Below are positions 48,243 to 58,561 of a stretch of DNA of 64,000 nucleotides, one piece after another. The notes below the pieces were generated by a model that made no database searches, had not been told where the DNA came from, and worked only from the letters and a program-made list of their open reading frames with translations. Both the position numbers and the translations under genes were made by a program. The stretch lies in assembly GCA_964036045.1 (NCBI GenBank), contig OZ038379.1:49352001-49416000 (forward strand). The letters are read 5' to 3'. Origin of the DNA: Eutreptiella sp. 'Long Island Sound 2002'. Its lineage: Eukaryota; Protista; Euglenida. Positions within the stretch are counted from its first letter, which is position 1. Every line of letters begins with the position of its first letter.

Positions 48243-48730
48243 CCCACGCGCCAATTCCCAGGGGGGTCTAGACCCCCATAAGAATGGGCGTGTGCCTATG
48301 CGCCAATTATTCAGGGGGTCTGGACCCCCAAACTAATTGGCACGTGCCCACGCGCCAATTCTTGGGGGGGTCTACAACCCCAAAATAATCGGTGCGTGCC
48401 TACACGCCGATTATTTAGGGGGTCTAGACCCCCAAAATAATTGGCGCGTGCCTATGCGCCAATTCCTAGGGGGCTCTGGACCCCCAAAATAATTGGCGCG
48501 TGCCTATGCGCCAATTATTTAGGGGATCTAGACCCCCAAAATTATTGCACCGTGCCCACGCGCCAATTCTTGGGTGGGTCCAGACCCGCAATATAATTGG
48601 CGCGTGCCTACGCGCCAATTATTTAGGGGGTCTAGACCCCCAAAATATTTGGCGCATAGCAACGCGCCCATCCCTAGGGGGTTCTAGACCCCAAAATAAC
48701 GGGCGTGTGCCTACTTGCCAATTCCTAGCC
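48243..48730. repeat. Same 52-bp repeat in reverse orientation, about 9 units
   Basis: Hairpin loop reads TGCCTA rather than TAGGCA. Confidence 0.9.
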
Positions 48731-51331
48731 TTGCTACAACCTTGGAAAGTGCTATTGGAACCATCGTGTGACCACCTTGCAATGAATAGGGCACTGTGAA
48801 CAAGTGTAGAACGTGGATCCCCCTTTTGTGGTTTCATCTATGCCATTTCTCCTTGTAGTTTCTTTTGCCTCACTACACCCTTTGAGGTGTACCTTCGTGT
48901 TCTGTCGCCACAACCGTTATTGGCATCAAAAGCCAATTCTATTGCGTATAATGCTGGTGCCTATGAGCCACAACAGTCGGTTTTGGCCCAAGCCCTTGCA
49001 CTTCACAACCAAACCTTGTCCTAACCACTGCGTGCCGCTAAGCAGCAGCAGCACTTCGTTTGTGGTCACAACCATAGCGCTCTTGACACAAGCTCACCCA
49101 CAACGGCGTCTCGTGGACCAGCTGCCGAGCGTGAGGAGAATTCGGGCGGGCACTTTGACAACCAAGGTCTTGCGCTTGATTGCCCACCGGAGTTGTGGGA
49201 GCACCATAGTGGTCACCGTTGTGGACCCTTCAAGGCACGAATGCCACCCTAACCGCTCACAGTCGTGGTGCATGAGCCAAGCAATGCACCGGGCTCGTGA
49301 GTGGCCGCCAGAGCACTTATTGGAACCTGTAAGAAGGAAGTATGGCCTATTGCTGGCCACAGGACAATCGGGATGGGAATCCACCCCTGAGGTGGCAGGA
49401 CACCTATGGAGACGGTTGAGGGACCACATGGCAGGGCAACCTGAAAATTGCTCTGCGCGGGGGGGGGGGGCAGACATGGACGCCCGCCGAAGGAGGGGGG
49501 GGGGTTGGAGAATCGGGGTTTCGTGTTGGGCCTTTTGTTTTGTGTAAGAACGGATGTTAGCGCCGAAGGCGCAGAGACACAAAATTTGGCCCGAACAAGT
49601 TCTTTCCACCAATAATCCCCCCCCCCCCCACATTTGAGTAGTCAAAATGATCAGCGCGACGTGGGTATCATTTTGAGCCATGGATGTTGGGTTGACCCCC
49701 TCCCCCCGGCACGGCAGGTCGGGCACCCCCGCCCAAAACTCCCCCCTCCCATCACGGCGGCCAAGGATGGAGGGGGGGGGGCTAGGAAAATGGGTTTCCG
49801 TGTCCCCCCCCCCCCCCTGCGGAGCAATTTTCTTCCCGCCCAGCATGTGACCTTGAAGTGGTGAATCACCATAGTGCCAGAGCATTGTGCCGGTTCATGT
49901 ACACCGAGCATGGGTTTGCGATACCCACGTCGCATGATGGGGGTAGCAATGTGCACTATTGTCAAGTTGCTACACAACTGTGGGAACGGCTTACGAAAAG
50001 ACACCGGTCGTCGTGGTGCTCGTCAGGCTGGTGCTATTTCAGGGTGGCCAACCGGCCCTTTTCTATGGCGCCAAGCTACAAGTGGGCCCAAACCAGTTGT
50101 GAGCAACGTGTTACTTGGTCCCAGGGCGCGTGATGCGCGTCGGCGCAACTCTTTGCTGCCTGAGGCTGCGGCTCCACATGGTTGTGTCACTCTCACCCAA
50201 ATACGGCAACAGTGCTTTGACCAAGCGTTGATGCAAGCCGCACACGTGGTTGCCCGCTGCCTGACGATTGCATGCCAAGGGCTGCAGGAACAACGCAATG
50301 AACCATTGAGCGAGGAAAATTGGCGGCAGCGTACACACTGGGCCGACACTTTGCGAATAGCATGAGGGTGCCCATGCAGGACTCTACTCAGCTATTGATG
50401 TGTTGCAGCCCTTTTAAGCTGGAGGTACCAGACCGTCACCCCGGACGTCTGCATGAGGTAATACGGGTTGTGGTCAACGCATGGAGGGCTGACGGAGGTC
50501 TGGAGATGTTGAATCAATTAGTGGTGGAGATGGAGGGGGCCGGTGTGCGTCCGGCCTACACACAATGCATAAGTGCAGGAGGGCACCCACGAGGTGACCC
50601 CAATGACCCCACATCCTCTGCCATGGCGCAAGGGCATGGGGCACCAGTCCTCATTGCACGAGACCCCCCAAGCAATGAATCTGTGAATCCCACTTTGTGT
50701 TCCTCAACACAAGGGCATTGTCCCCCAGGAGGTGCACAAAGTATGGATAGCCATGGTAAGGTGGATCATGGCGCGGTGCTCAGTCCACCACGCCCCCCCC
50801 CGAACGCGCTGTAACTAACTCCCGGGCATGTGTTGCAGCGCAAGGACATGGAACACCAGACGGCATGCCCCAGGTCTGCCCCACCGGTGAGTCACCTTGC
50901 ATTGCATCTATAGTGGACCCTACGCCTCAATCACCTGCCCCACCTGCAGTGGTGGACGCTGCATGTTTGACACCGGCAGCTCGTGATGGAGGGGTGGCGA
51001 GTTGCTTGGACGAGTCCCCTATACCACTTGCACAGAAACCCAAGGAGACGGTTGCTGTGGACTGTAGTCTTTGTAGCACAAGCACTGTGGCAACGGTGAA
51101 GGCATGCAGTCAGTCTAGTACTGTTTCTGTCACCACACCAGCTGAATACCCCAGTTCATTGGAACAGAGCCCGGTGAGTAGGAAGCGACGAGGGATTACA
51201 GCCCCGCGTAATGGGGCTCTCCTGATATGTGCGAAGATAGAGCAAGGCACAAAGACAGCTCCGTTGGATCCAGATGATCCTCCATAGGACAAGGTGAAAG
51301 AGAGGCCCAGCAGTCCAAGGAAGATAGGGAA

Positions 51332-51810
51332 ATGCCAACTGTCAAGTTCTTGAAGCTACGCATTTTACCAGACGGGTACGTTGCAGGAGCCTGTTTCTCC
51401 TACGCCGTGGTCCAAAGCCTGCATGCTATCAGCAGCGACGTCCCCTTGGACAACGCATTGTTGCGGGCAAGGGCCATTGGCGTGTATCGCGAAATGTGGG
51501 GGCTTTCAATCGAGGAGTCTGCACAGTCAGTGAACCGGAATCTTGAGAAGGACACATGGGGTGGCCGCCTCCAAGGCGGATTACTTGACCGTGTTGATAG
51601 TTTGGCAAAGTATGTGGATGTACCGCGGTGTTGTTGCGAACAAACAGGTTCAGCATTCCGACGCCAGGGTTTGGGATGGACGGCGAATTGACATCAGCTA
51701 CTGTCTAGGTGCCTGGACGTGACTATCCGCCGTGTGTACGTGGTTGTGGAGATATGGAGGAGCATTGCCAACGGGCAACAATGGTGGTTATTGTTAAGGC
51801 GTAACGGGAT
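51332..51810 (+). pseudogene. OTU-like cysteine protease domain (degenerate)
   Basis: ILPDGYVAGACFSYAV, LLRARAI, DTWGG and, after a stop, LLSRCLDVTIRRVY. Confidence 0.4.
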
Positions 51811-52089
51811 GGTTTCAAGAGTGGTGGCCATTTCTGGGGAGCAGTCTTTGATCATTCGCTGCAGGTAGCCCCCTTTTGCACATTGCATGGGATGATGAGC
51901 ATGTTGCCATATAAGCGTGGGCCGGTTGGGGGGTTGAGAGCGTGGCATTTGCAGCTAGCGGTTGGCGGGATGAAGGGCCACACCACTGCAAGAGATTGCC
52001 GTCACACTCGTCTAGTGCAACAAACACGCAACTACAAGCCACTGGCGACCTCGGTGAACAAAATTGCAAGGGAGATGTTGCGTGAATGG

Positions 52090-52400
52090 TTCACATGGAC
52101 TACCATGCAGCCTTGCAATGTCCTGACAAAACCGCAACAACATGTGCATGACACATCCCCCTGGTCCGGAGTGTTTTCCACAGGACAGCACACACGGGGG
52201 CACTTATGGGTGGAGGTGGGTGGTGTATGTAATAGTAAAGGTGGACGGAGATGTAGTATGCATTGCTTGGATGGTATTACCCGGGATGGCGCAACGTACG
52301 ATGTATCCCAACAACCGTGTCTGGTATGTACGGGTGCATGGCATGGCACTTGTTCTAGGCACGGGGAGAGGAGGCTAGTGGTGTTATACTCCCGTGGTGA
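52090..52400 (+). pseudogene. 2OG-Fe(II) dioxygenase, TET/JBP-like
   Basis: WTTMQPCN...QHVHD...FSTGQHTRGHLWVE...YDVSQQPCLV..GAWHGT..HGERRLVVLY; the HxD, distal H and RxxxVxY order is preserved (HVH is one substitution from HVD). Confidence 0.6.
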
Positions 52401-53064
52401 CTGGCGAACACTCCCGCGGTGGGATCGTGCATTCCTCAATGAGGCTGCATTCCGCTTACATGCAGGTGCATAGTGGGCCACTTGGAGGAGCACCGCGGCA
52501 ACCATGGGGCATGGAGAATCCATGAGGCTACAACTTGGGTTGGCTGGGTACCACACTGCAATGCCTCATGGTGGTGTCTGGTGGACATGGAGGACAGCAC
52601 CCACAATGCCTTGATGATGGGGGTGTGTGGTGGACATTGTGGCAAGATGTTGTGGCACATGTGGGAAGCGGTGCGTACAATCCGCAGGACGTTCCTGAAA
52701 GGTTTTCCTTGGAGGGTGCCATGTGTGAGACGCTATGCCGATGTAGCGGGCGTTGCAAGTGCAAAGCCCCTACACCAAACTTCCAATGGATGCAGCGTGC
52801 ACAGATGCCGGAACGTTGGAAGTACATGTAGCCCAAGCTCACGGCCGCTGGGGTGGTGGATTTATCATGTTGCCTTTGTTATGAGCAGTTCCGGCAACGG
52901 TGTGGGGAGTGTGGGGTGAAGGTTCTACGGGATGGGGGGAAGATGGGCATGAAAACACAGGTACTACATGTGACGAATCAGGTGCAGAGTGTGCGATATT
53001 GTGTGAAGGACGGAATGAAGGGGCGACCTGTTGGCCTACCCGAACCCCCCTTGTGCTTGTGAAC

Positions 53065-53090
53065 ACTTTCTGAGTGTCTAGTTTTTTTCA
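53065..53090 (+). other. Second spliced-leader copy (24/26) at a LINE 5' end
   Basis: ACTTTCTGAGTGTCTAGTTTTTTTCA. Confidence 0.8.
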
Positions 53091-56000
53091 GTGTCTTTTT
53101 GTCCATGCCTGCTCGGGCCGCCGGGCCTTGACAAACTGCCGCCGACGTCACCCCCATGTCCCCTGACCGCATGAGTGTTCGGGACACCCAGGCCCGTCTG
53201 GCCACGCCAGGCGAGGAGGTCATCGTCCCTGCCGACGCCGGTCAATTGGCGTGCTTGGCAGCCATCGATGCCGCCGATTACATCATCCAGGACGAAGTGG
53301 TGCTGAAGAGTGGAGTTGCAGAGGCTGCCTCCCTGTCATTCGACCTCTTCAAGGACTGCGACTCGTTCGAAAAAGTAGCTGCCGTTCTGTACGGCACTTG
53401 CCCCAACGTTGTGCTCGTTGGGAAAATGATTGAATATGAAAAAATTCAAATGCAATTAAGAGGCTGCTTGCTTATTTGCCCATGCTAGGACGCTTTGTTG
53501 CCATCTTGCTTGAACCTGTCAGCGATGATGATGCCAAGCCATCGTTTCTCAATCGGGCACTCGCCCTCAATTCCAACTTGCCATTCGGGTGCGACAAGCT
53601 GCAAATGGCAGAAAGGGTCTGATGCACATACGCACGCACACATGGTCGATTTCATGTCTGTATTGCGAGCAGCACAAGGGTCTCCAGGAACTAGTTGCCG
53701 CCCCCAACCTACAAGCTCCTGCTACTTATGACACCTGGGGCACAGGTTGCCAAATTGGTGTTCCATGAGCCAGATGTGCGGGACAATCAGTACGCCATCC
53801 AGGTGCACAATGACCTTATCAATGGTCTGTTGGGGTCTATCGGCCACAACTGCGATGAAGTGCATCTCCGTCGGAGGAATGGACCCACGGAACTCGGAGT
53901 TGTTTATCACAGAGTTGAATGAGGAACAAGTGAACACTGTGGTTTCACAATTCGGATCCAAGCCAAGGTTTCATATCCAGCCAATGGAATGGTATCGTGG
54001 GGCCAACTTGACAAACATGTCTGCTGTCTATGAGGTCTGAGTAAGGAAGACAAACAAGGAAACATGGTCGCCCATGCTGTATGCCTCAGTTCTCGCAATG
54101 TTCTGGACGATCCCAGGCGTCTTGCAAGCGCAGTCACCGGTGAAAATCCACGTGTTGGGTCCAAGTAAGCTACTGCTGGGTCTCACAGGAACTGAGCACT
54201 CGCTGCTGAAGACAAGGCATCGTGGACTAGTGGCGGCCATCGGGGCTGTCGTCAAGGACCTAAAGACATGACAGTTCCTTCACCGAGACATCATCTGCAA
54301 GCCCACTGTCCCCTTGACGTGGAAGACGGAACTAGTGGGCACAATGTACATCCTGCATGTGGCACCCTGGTGGTATGTCTCGGATTTGACTAAGGCTCTT
54401 GCTCCCTCGGTACAATGTGGGTACATTGTGGACCGTGTCAGGTGGAGTGTTGGGGAGATGCGCACGGCCACAAGGCGACTGACCGGGGAAAGTGTGTCAC
54501 AGCTAATTGGGAAAGTCTACCTGTCGGATTCTGGAATGCCTCCAATGTTTGTAATCTCCGAGGCGGACTATGAGGCGCGAAAAAAGCGTATCACAGACCG
54601 GCCCAGGAACATAGATAACACCAAGACACGCAAGCAAGGCCTAATCACGGCAGGTGAAATGGCTAAGGCCATGGAATTGGACGATCAAGTCGACAAGGTC
54701 ATCAGCTCCCTCAAACGCAAGCGGGACTTGAAGGAGGATCAGGCTTCGTCATCCAATGGAGTTGCAAGATGACGTCCGCATCAAGCATCCCTCTGAGCAG
54801 CACGCTCAGAGTTTTATCCCAAAATCTCAATGGATTTCAAAAAAAAGTAACCATGACAAGGCGAAAGCAAACTCGGATAGTGGCCCTAGGGTCACTACTT
54901 CGGTCCTTGGAGGTGGACTTCTTCGCCATCCAAAAGCCCCACTTCGTCACGGCGGAGGATCGTCAGGCGGGCACGCAGTGCCTATCAAAGTACAGGTATG
55001 GCTTGGACGGGCCACTCCATGAAGAAGGACGGGGACGAGTGGCACTGGCATGGAAAACATCCAAGTGGACCTTACAATCAATGAAGTTCTTGTCTCCTAG
55101 GGCGCTGAAAGCCTCACTGTCGAGTGGTCCTCTAGAGATCACTGTAGTGGTGGTCCATTTCCACCACAAGCACACGCGACGACGGTCGCCATGGAAAGAC
55201 ATTGCCAAGGAGTTGCACGGACCGAACCTGATTTTTTGGGCGAATCACAATAGTTTGGTAGTGAAACACAGGGACGCCTTTGCGCCCCCAGAGTTTGAGC
55301 GTTACACGTCTTTACGTGCCCCAGAGCAAGAGGTCGCAACCTTGGCGAAAGCGGGTCTGCATGACGTTTGGGCGGACATCCATTGTCCAACTGTGACGGA
55401 TATCAAGGACAAAGAGTCATTGTGTCCAACGAGCTTCATGTGCGGCTACCCTCGGGAAGGAGGACGGCTCGATCCACAGAGATTACGCCGCATCGACCGA
55501 ATCCATACGACGTTGGAATTGTTGAGCTTGGCGACTAGCGTCCACCCCATGTTTTGCCGCCATCTTAGACCACAAGGCAATCCTGGCTGAATTCACGCCC
55601 CCCTCCTTTGAGGGCAGGATTCGCAGATTCTGCTGTCCGGAGACTATCCTCCAAGACTCCGAGGCAATGGAAGAGTTGGAGATCTCCCTCCAGTCTATCA
55701 CCGCAACGGGGGACCAATGGTGGGAAGATGCACTGGGCTGCATCCAAACGAAGGCGGTCAATTACCAAAGGGAACACAAAAACAAAAAACAGTCAGTTGA
55801 ACTTCAAGCTCTACGGTTTCTACGTGTCTCCACGAGGGACTCCGTCACGCCGGCGGTGTATCAGTTTATTTCATCGCTCGGAATTGCAGCAACAGAGGCG
55901 GCAACTGCCTACGCCATCTTGGTTGGGGTGTATGAAAAAGCACAGCGTGACAGATTGGGCATGGAAACTCTCTCCAAGCTCAAGGCGGTGATCGCGCCAG

Positions 56001-57334
56001 GGGAAACATCAGGGGATTTGAGAAGGTGAAGGAATGAATTGTACCGGCTGATGAGGGAGCTGCAGGAAGGGAAAAAACTCCAGAGTTTGTGTCACGGGCA
56101 GGCACAGTAGTATGCTGTTCAAAGACGGTGGCCCAAGAGCTGGTTGAACAGTAGGACCGAGTGTCCACTCCAACGGAAGCCACGGAGGAAGAATGTCTGG
56201 CTTACCCAAAAGCGTTAGGAGTGGAACAGCGGCTGCGCAAGGCACGTCGACTCGTATTCAAGCAGCTTTCCCGGGACGTAGTACATGAAGGTCTCAAGAG
56301 GCCGAACAGCAACAGCTCCTCTGGACTGGACGGCTTCTTGGCAAAATTCTTCAAGAGATTCGCAGAAATTTTCGAACCGCAAATGTATGAGTCACTAAAA
56401 CGTTTTCTCAACGCGGGTACAATGCCGGAGACATGAACATCGGGAGTGGTGACAATGATCCCCGAGACAAAAGCAATGCAAACTCCAGACTCTCTCCGAC
56501 CAATCGCACCAGTGGCTCACCAACATTCTCCACGATGTCTCACGAGATGGTGGCGGCGGCACTGGGTCTAATGTGCATACCGTTCCTGTACATCCGACTG
56601 ATATTGCGTCTTTTGCGTGCACCATATCTGTACTCAGTGGGTAAGGGATACGTCTGAGGGGTCTACCACCATCCGCGCGCGGGTACGCGCCAGGGGGACC
56701 CACTCTCCCCGGCACTGTTCTCCCTAGTGGCATCCTTTGTGATCTTTCCGCTACAAGACTTGGATCCAGGACTGACTATCATGATGTATGCAGATGACCT
56801 CATCATCTTTCTGGACGGAAAGGCCAATCGACAGCTGCCGGGGAAAATATGGAAAGTGGTGTCATGCTTTGGACAGTTTTTCTTGACTGAAGGTCAACTT
56901 GAACAAAACGGCAGCGATTGTTTGCAACTGTGGGGGCTTGGAGTGGGCGAGGTGCTTTGGAGACATTGGGGTGGACGTCAAGAACTTCGTCAAGTACCTG
57001 GGAGTACGCTTAGGGAATATATGACACCATCAAGATGACCAGGGATGGGGGCTGACAATAGAACAGGCCTTTGCACCAGCATTGCAAGAGGCCTTTCGTC
57101 GCGCACGGGTGGTATCCACGCTGTAGTTGTCGATGGACGAGCGCGCCTTCATGGTGACATCATGGATCCTGCCAGTTGTGGCCTGGGAACAAGGCATATT
57201 ACGCCCCAACCCCAGTGATCAGGCAGCTGAAGCTAGTCTACCACGTGACCATGGGCACCAACAGTTGGGGAATCACTCTGCCAATCCTCTTGCGGCCACG
57301 GAAGCACGGGGGACTGGCACTGCCGGAGCCGGAA
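53065..57334 (+). mobile_element. SL-capped L1/Tx1-like LINE, 5' part (ORF1, APE, RT), degenerate
   Basis: ORF1 pieces 53156-54772; APE 54769-55590 (SQNLNG, AIQKPH, RRIDRI); RT SGLDG, RPIA, RQGDPLSP, MMYADD (56320-56810). Confidence 0.9.
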
Positions 57335-57505
57335 TCTTAGCTCAGCCGTGCCTGAGCTTTGGTTTTGCTCGTCGGGTGGTGTGTGTGTGTGCATGCGTGT
57401 GTGCAGTGAGCCTCTGTACTTGTAGAGCATTTTTGCTTGTTGCCAGCAGACCATAGGTGGTCACACGTAGAGCCTGCTCCGTGACACTTTGGAACGACCC
57501 GGTCT

Positions 57506-58561
57506 GTGAATATGTCAGTTGACGATTTTGCCGTCTTCGCGAAGGGAACAATTTGTTCCCAGTTCATTGATAGCGTTCCCATGCTAGAGATAGCCAGGGC
57601 TGCCTCGCAGGTGGAGATGAAGCTGTCGGTGCTGCTGGAACGCAGGTCAGAGTGGGAGGCTAGTTTCGTCGCCAAGTACGGAATCGAGTTGGGGGAGGTG
57701 GGGCTGGTGAAGATGATCGCCTCGTATTGCGTCATGGCCCAGTGCGACCTGGATGTGGCGTTGCTGGGCTTTGTCAAGGTGGAGGTACCACCCCAACAGC
57801 CGCAGACGGTGTCGCCAGAGCTTCAGGAGCTCAAGCAGTTGGTTCAGGGACAGGCCCTTGTGATGGAGGGCCTGCGCAAGCAGTTGGAGGCGGTCAGTGC
57901 CAAGGCCGAGGCGGAGTCCAAGAGGAAAATGGCGAAGGTCCCGCCGCTGTGTAAAGCGGAAATCGTGAAGGTGAGGGAGTTGGATTCTAAGCCCCAGTGG
58001 ATCTTCGCCAGCCTTCTCGCGCTGTCCACCTTGTTGTGGCGCAGGGAGGTGCCCCAACACGAATACGTCTCCAAGTACAAGGACAAGGAAAAGTTCACGG
58101 ACGCCATCCTGGACGAGCTGGCGCCGGTGGTGGACGCGGACTCCGCGGACACGGAAGTGTGGCAGCTGGAGTCCATGGATGATGACGAACTTACGCGCCT
58201 TCGGAGTTTTGTCCAGGCGGTCTGGACGTTCACGGTGACTAGCCTGTCGGCGTACAGGGGCAAGAAGGGCTTGGACCCCGGACAGGTCGGCGAGGGGTCG
58301 GACGCGCCCGAGGATGCGTCCGATGTGCCTGTGCTGTCCGCTGGTTGTACGGGAGCGGCGGAGGAGGAGGTGGTGGGGCGGCGGCTGCAAGCCATGAAGG
58401 GTAAGTTCCGCGTTGAGGGGGGCCGCCGCCTGTACACCGCCAAGCCGGGCGCCGAGCCGATGGACGTCACCAATGCCCCGGTGACAGCGTGTCGGGCATG
58501 CAAGAACGCTGGGAGGGGAGTGAAACGGCATTGGTTTCACGAGTGCCCCGGCTTTGACTGA
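57506..58561 (+). CDS. Gag-like protein with C-terminal CCHC-type finger
   Basis: 351 aa; coiled coil; CRACKNAGRGVKRHWFHEC, homologous to the gag end of the 18-kb copy. Confidence 0.75.
   Translation: MNMSVDDFAVFAKGTICSQFIDSVPMLEIARAASQVEMKLSVLLERRSEWEASFVAKYGIELGEVGLVKMIASYCVMAQCDLDVALLGFVKVEVPPQQPQTVSPELQELKQLVQGQALVMEGLRKQLEAVSAKAEAESKRKMAKVPPLCKAEIVKVRELDSKPQWIFASLLALSTLLWRREVPQHEYVSKYKDKEKFTDAILDELAPVVDADSADTEVWQLESMDDDELTRLRSFVQAVWTFTVTSLSAYRGKKGLDPGQVGEGSDAPEDASDVPVLSAGCTGAAEEEVVGRRLQAMKGKFRVEGGRRLYTAKPGAEPMDVTNAPVTACRACKNAGRGVKRHWFHECPGFD

Noticed and set aside
46298-48730. CRISPR/REP-like palindromic repeats
   Set aside because: Head-to-tail 52-bp units with no unique spacers.
48800-51300. 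ORF fragments between the helicase and OTU loci, and similar ones at 39.2-40.8 and 42.0-43.9 kb
   Set aside because: No recognisable motifs; cannot support a call without a search.
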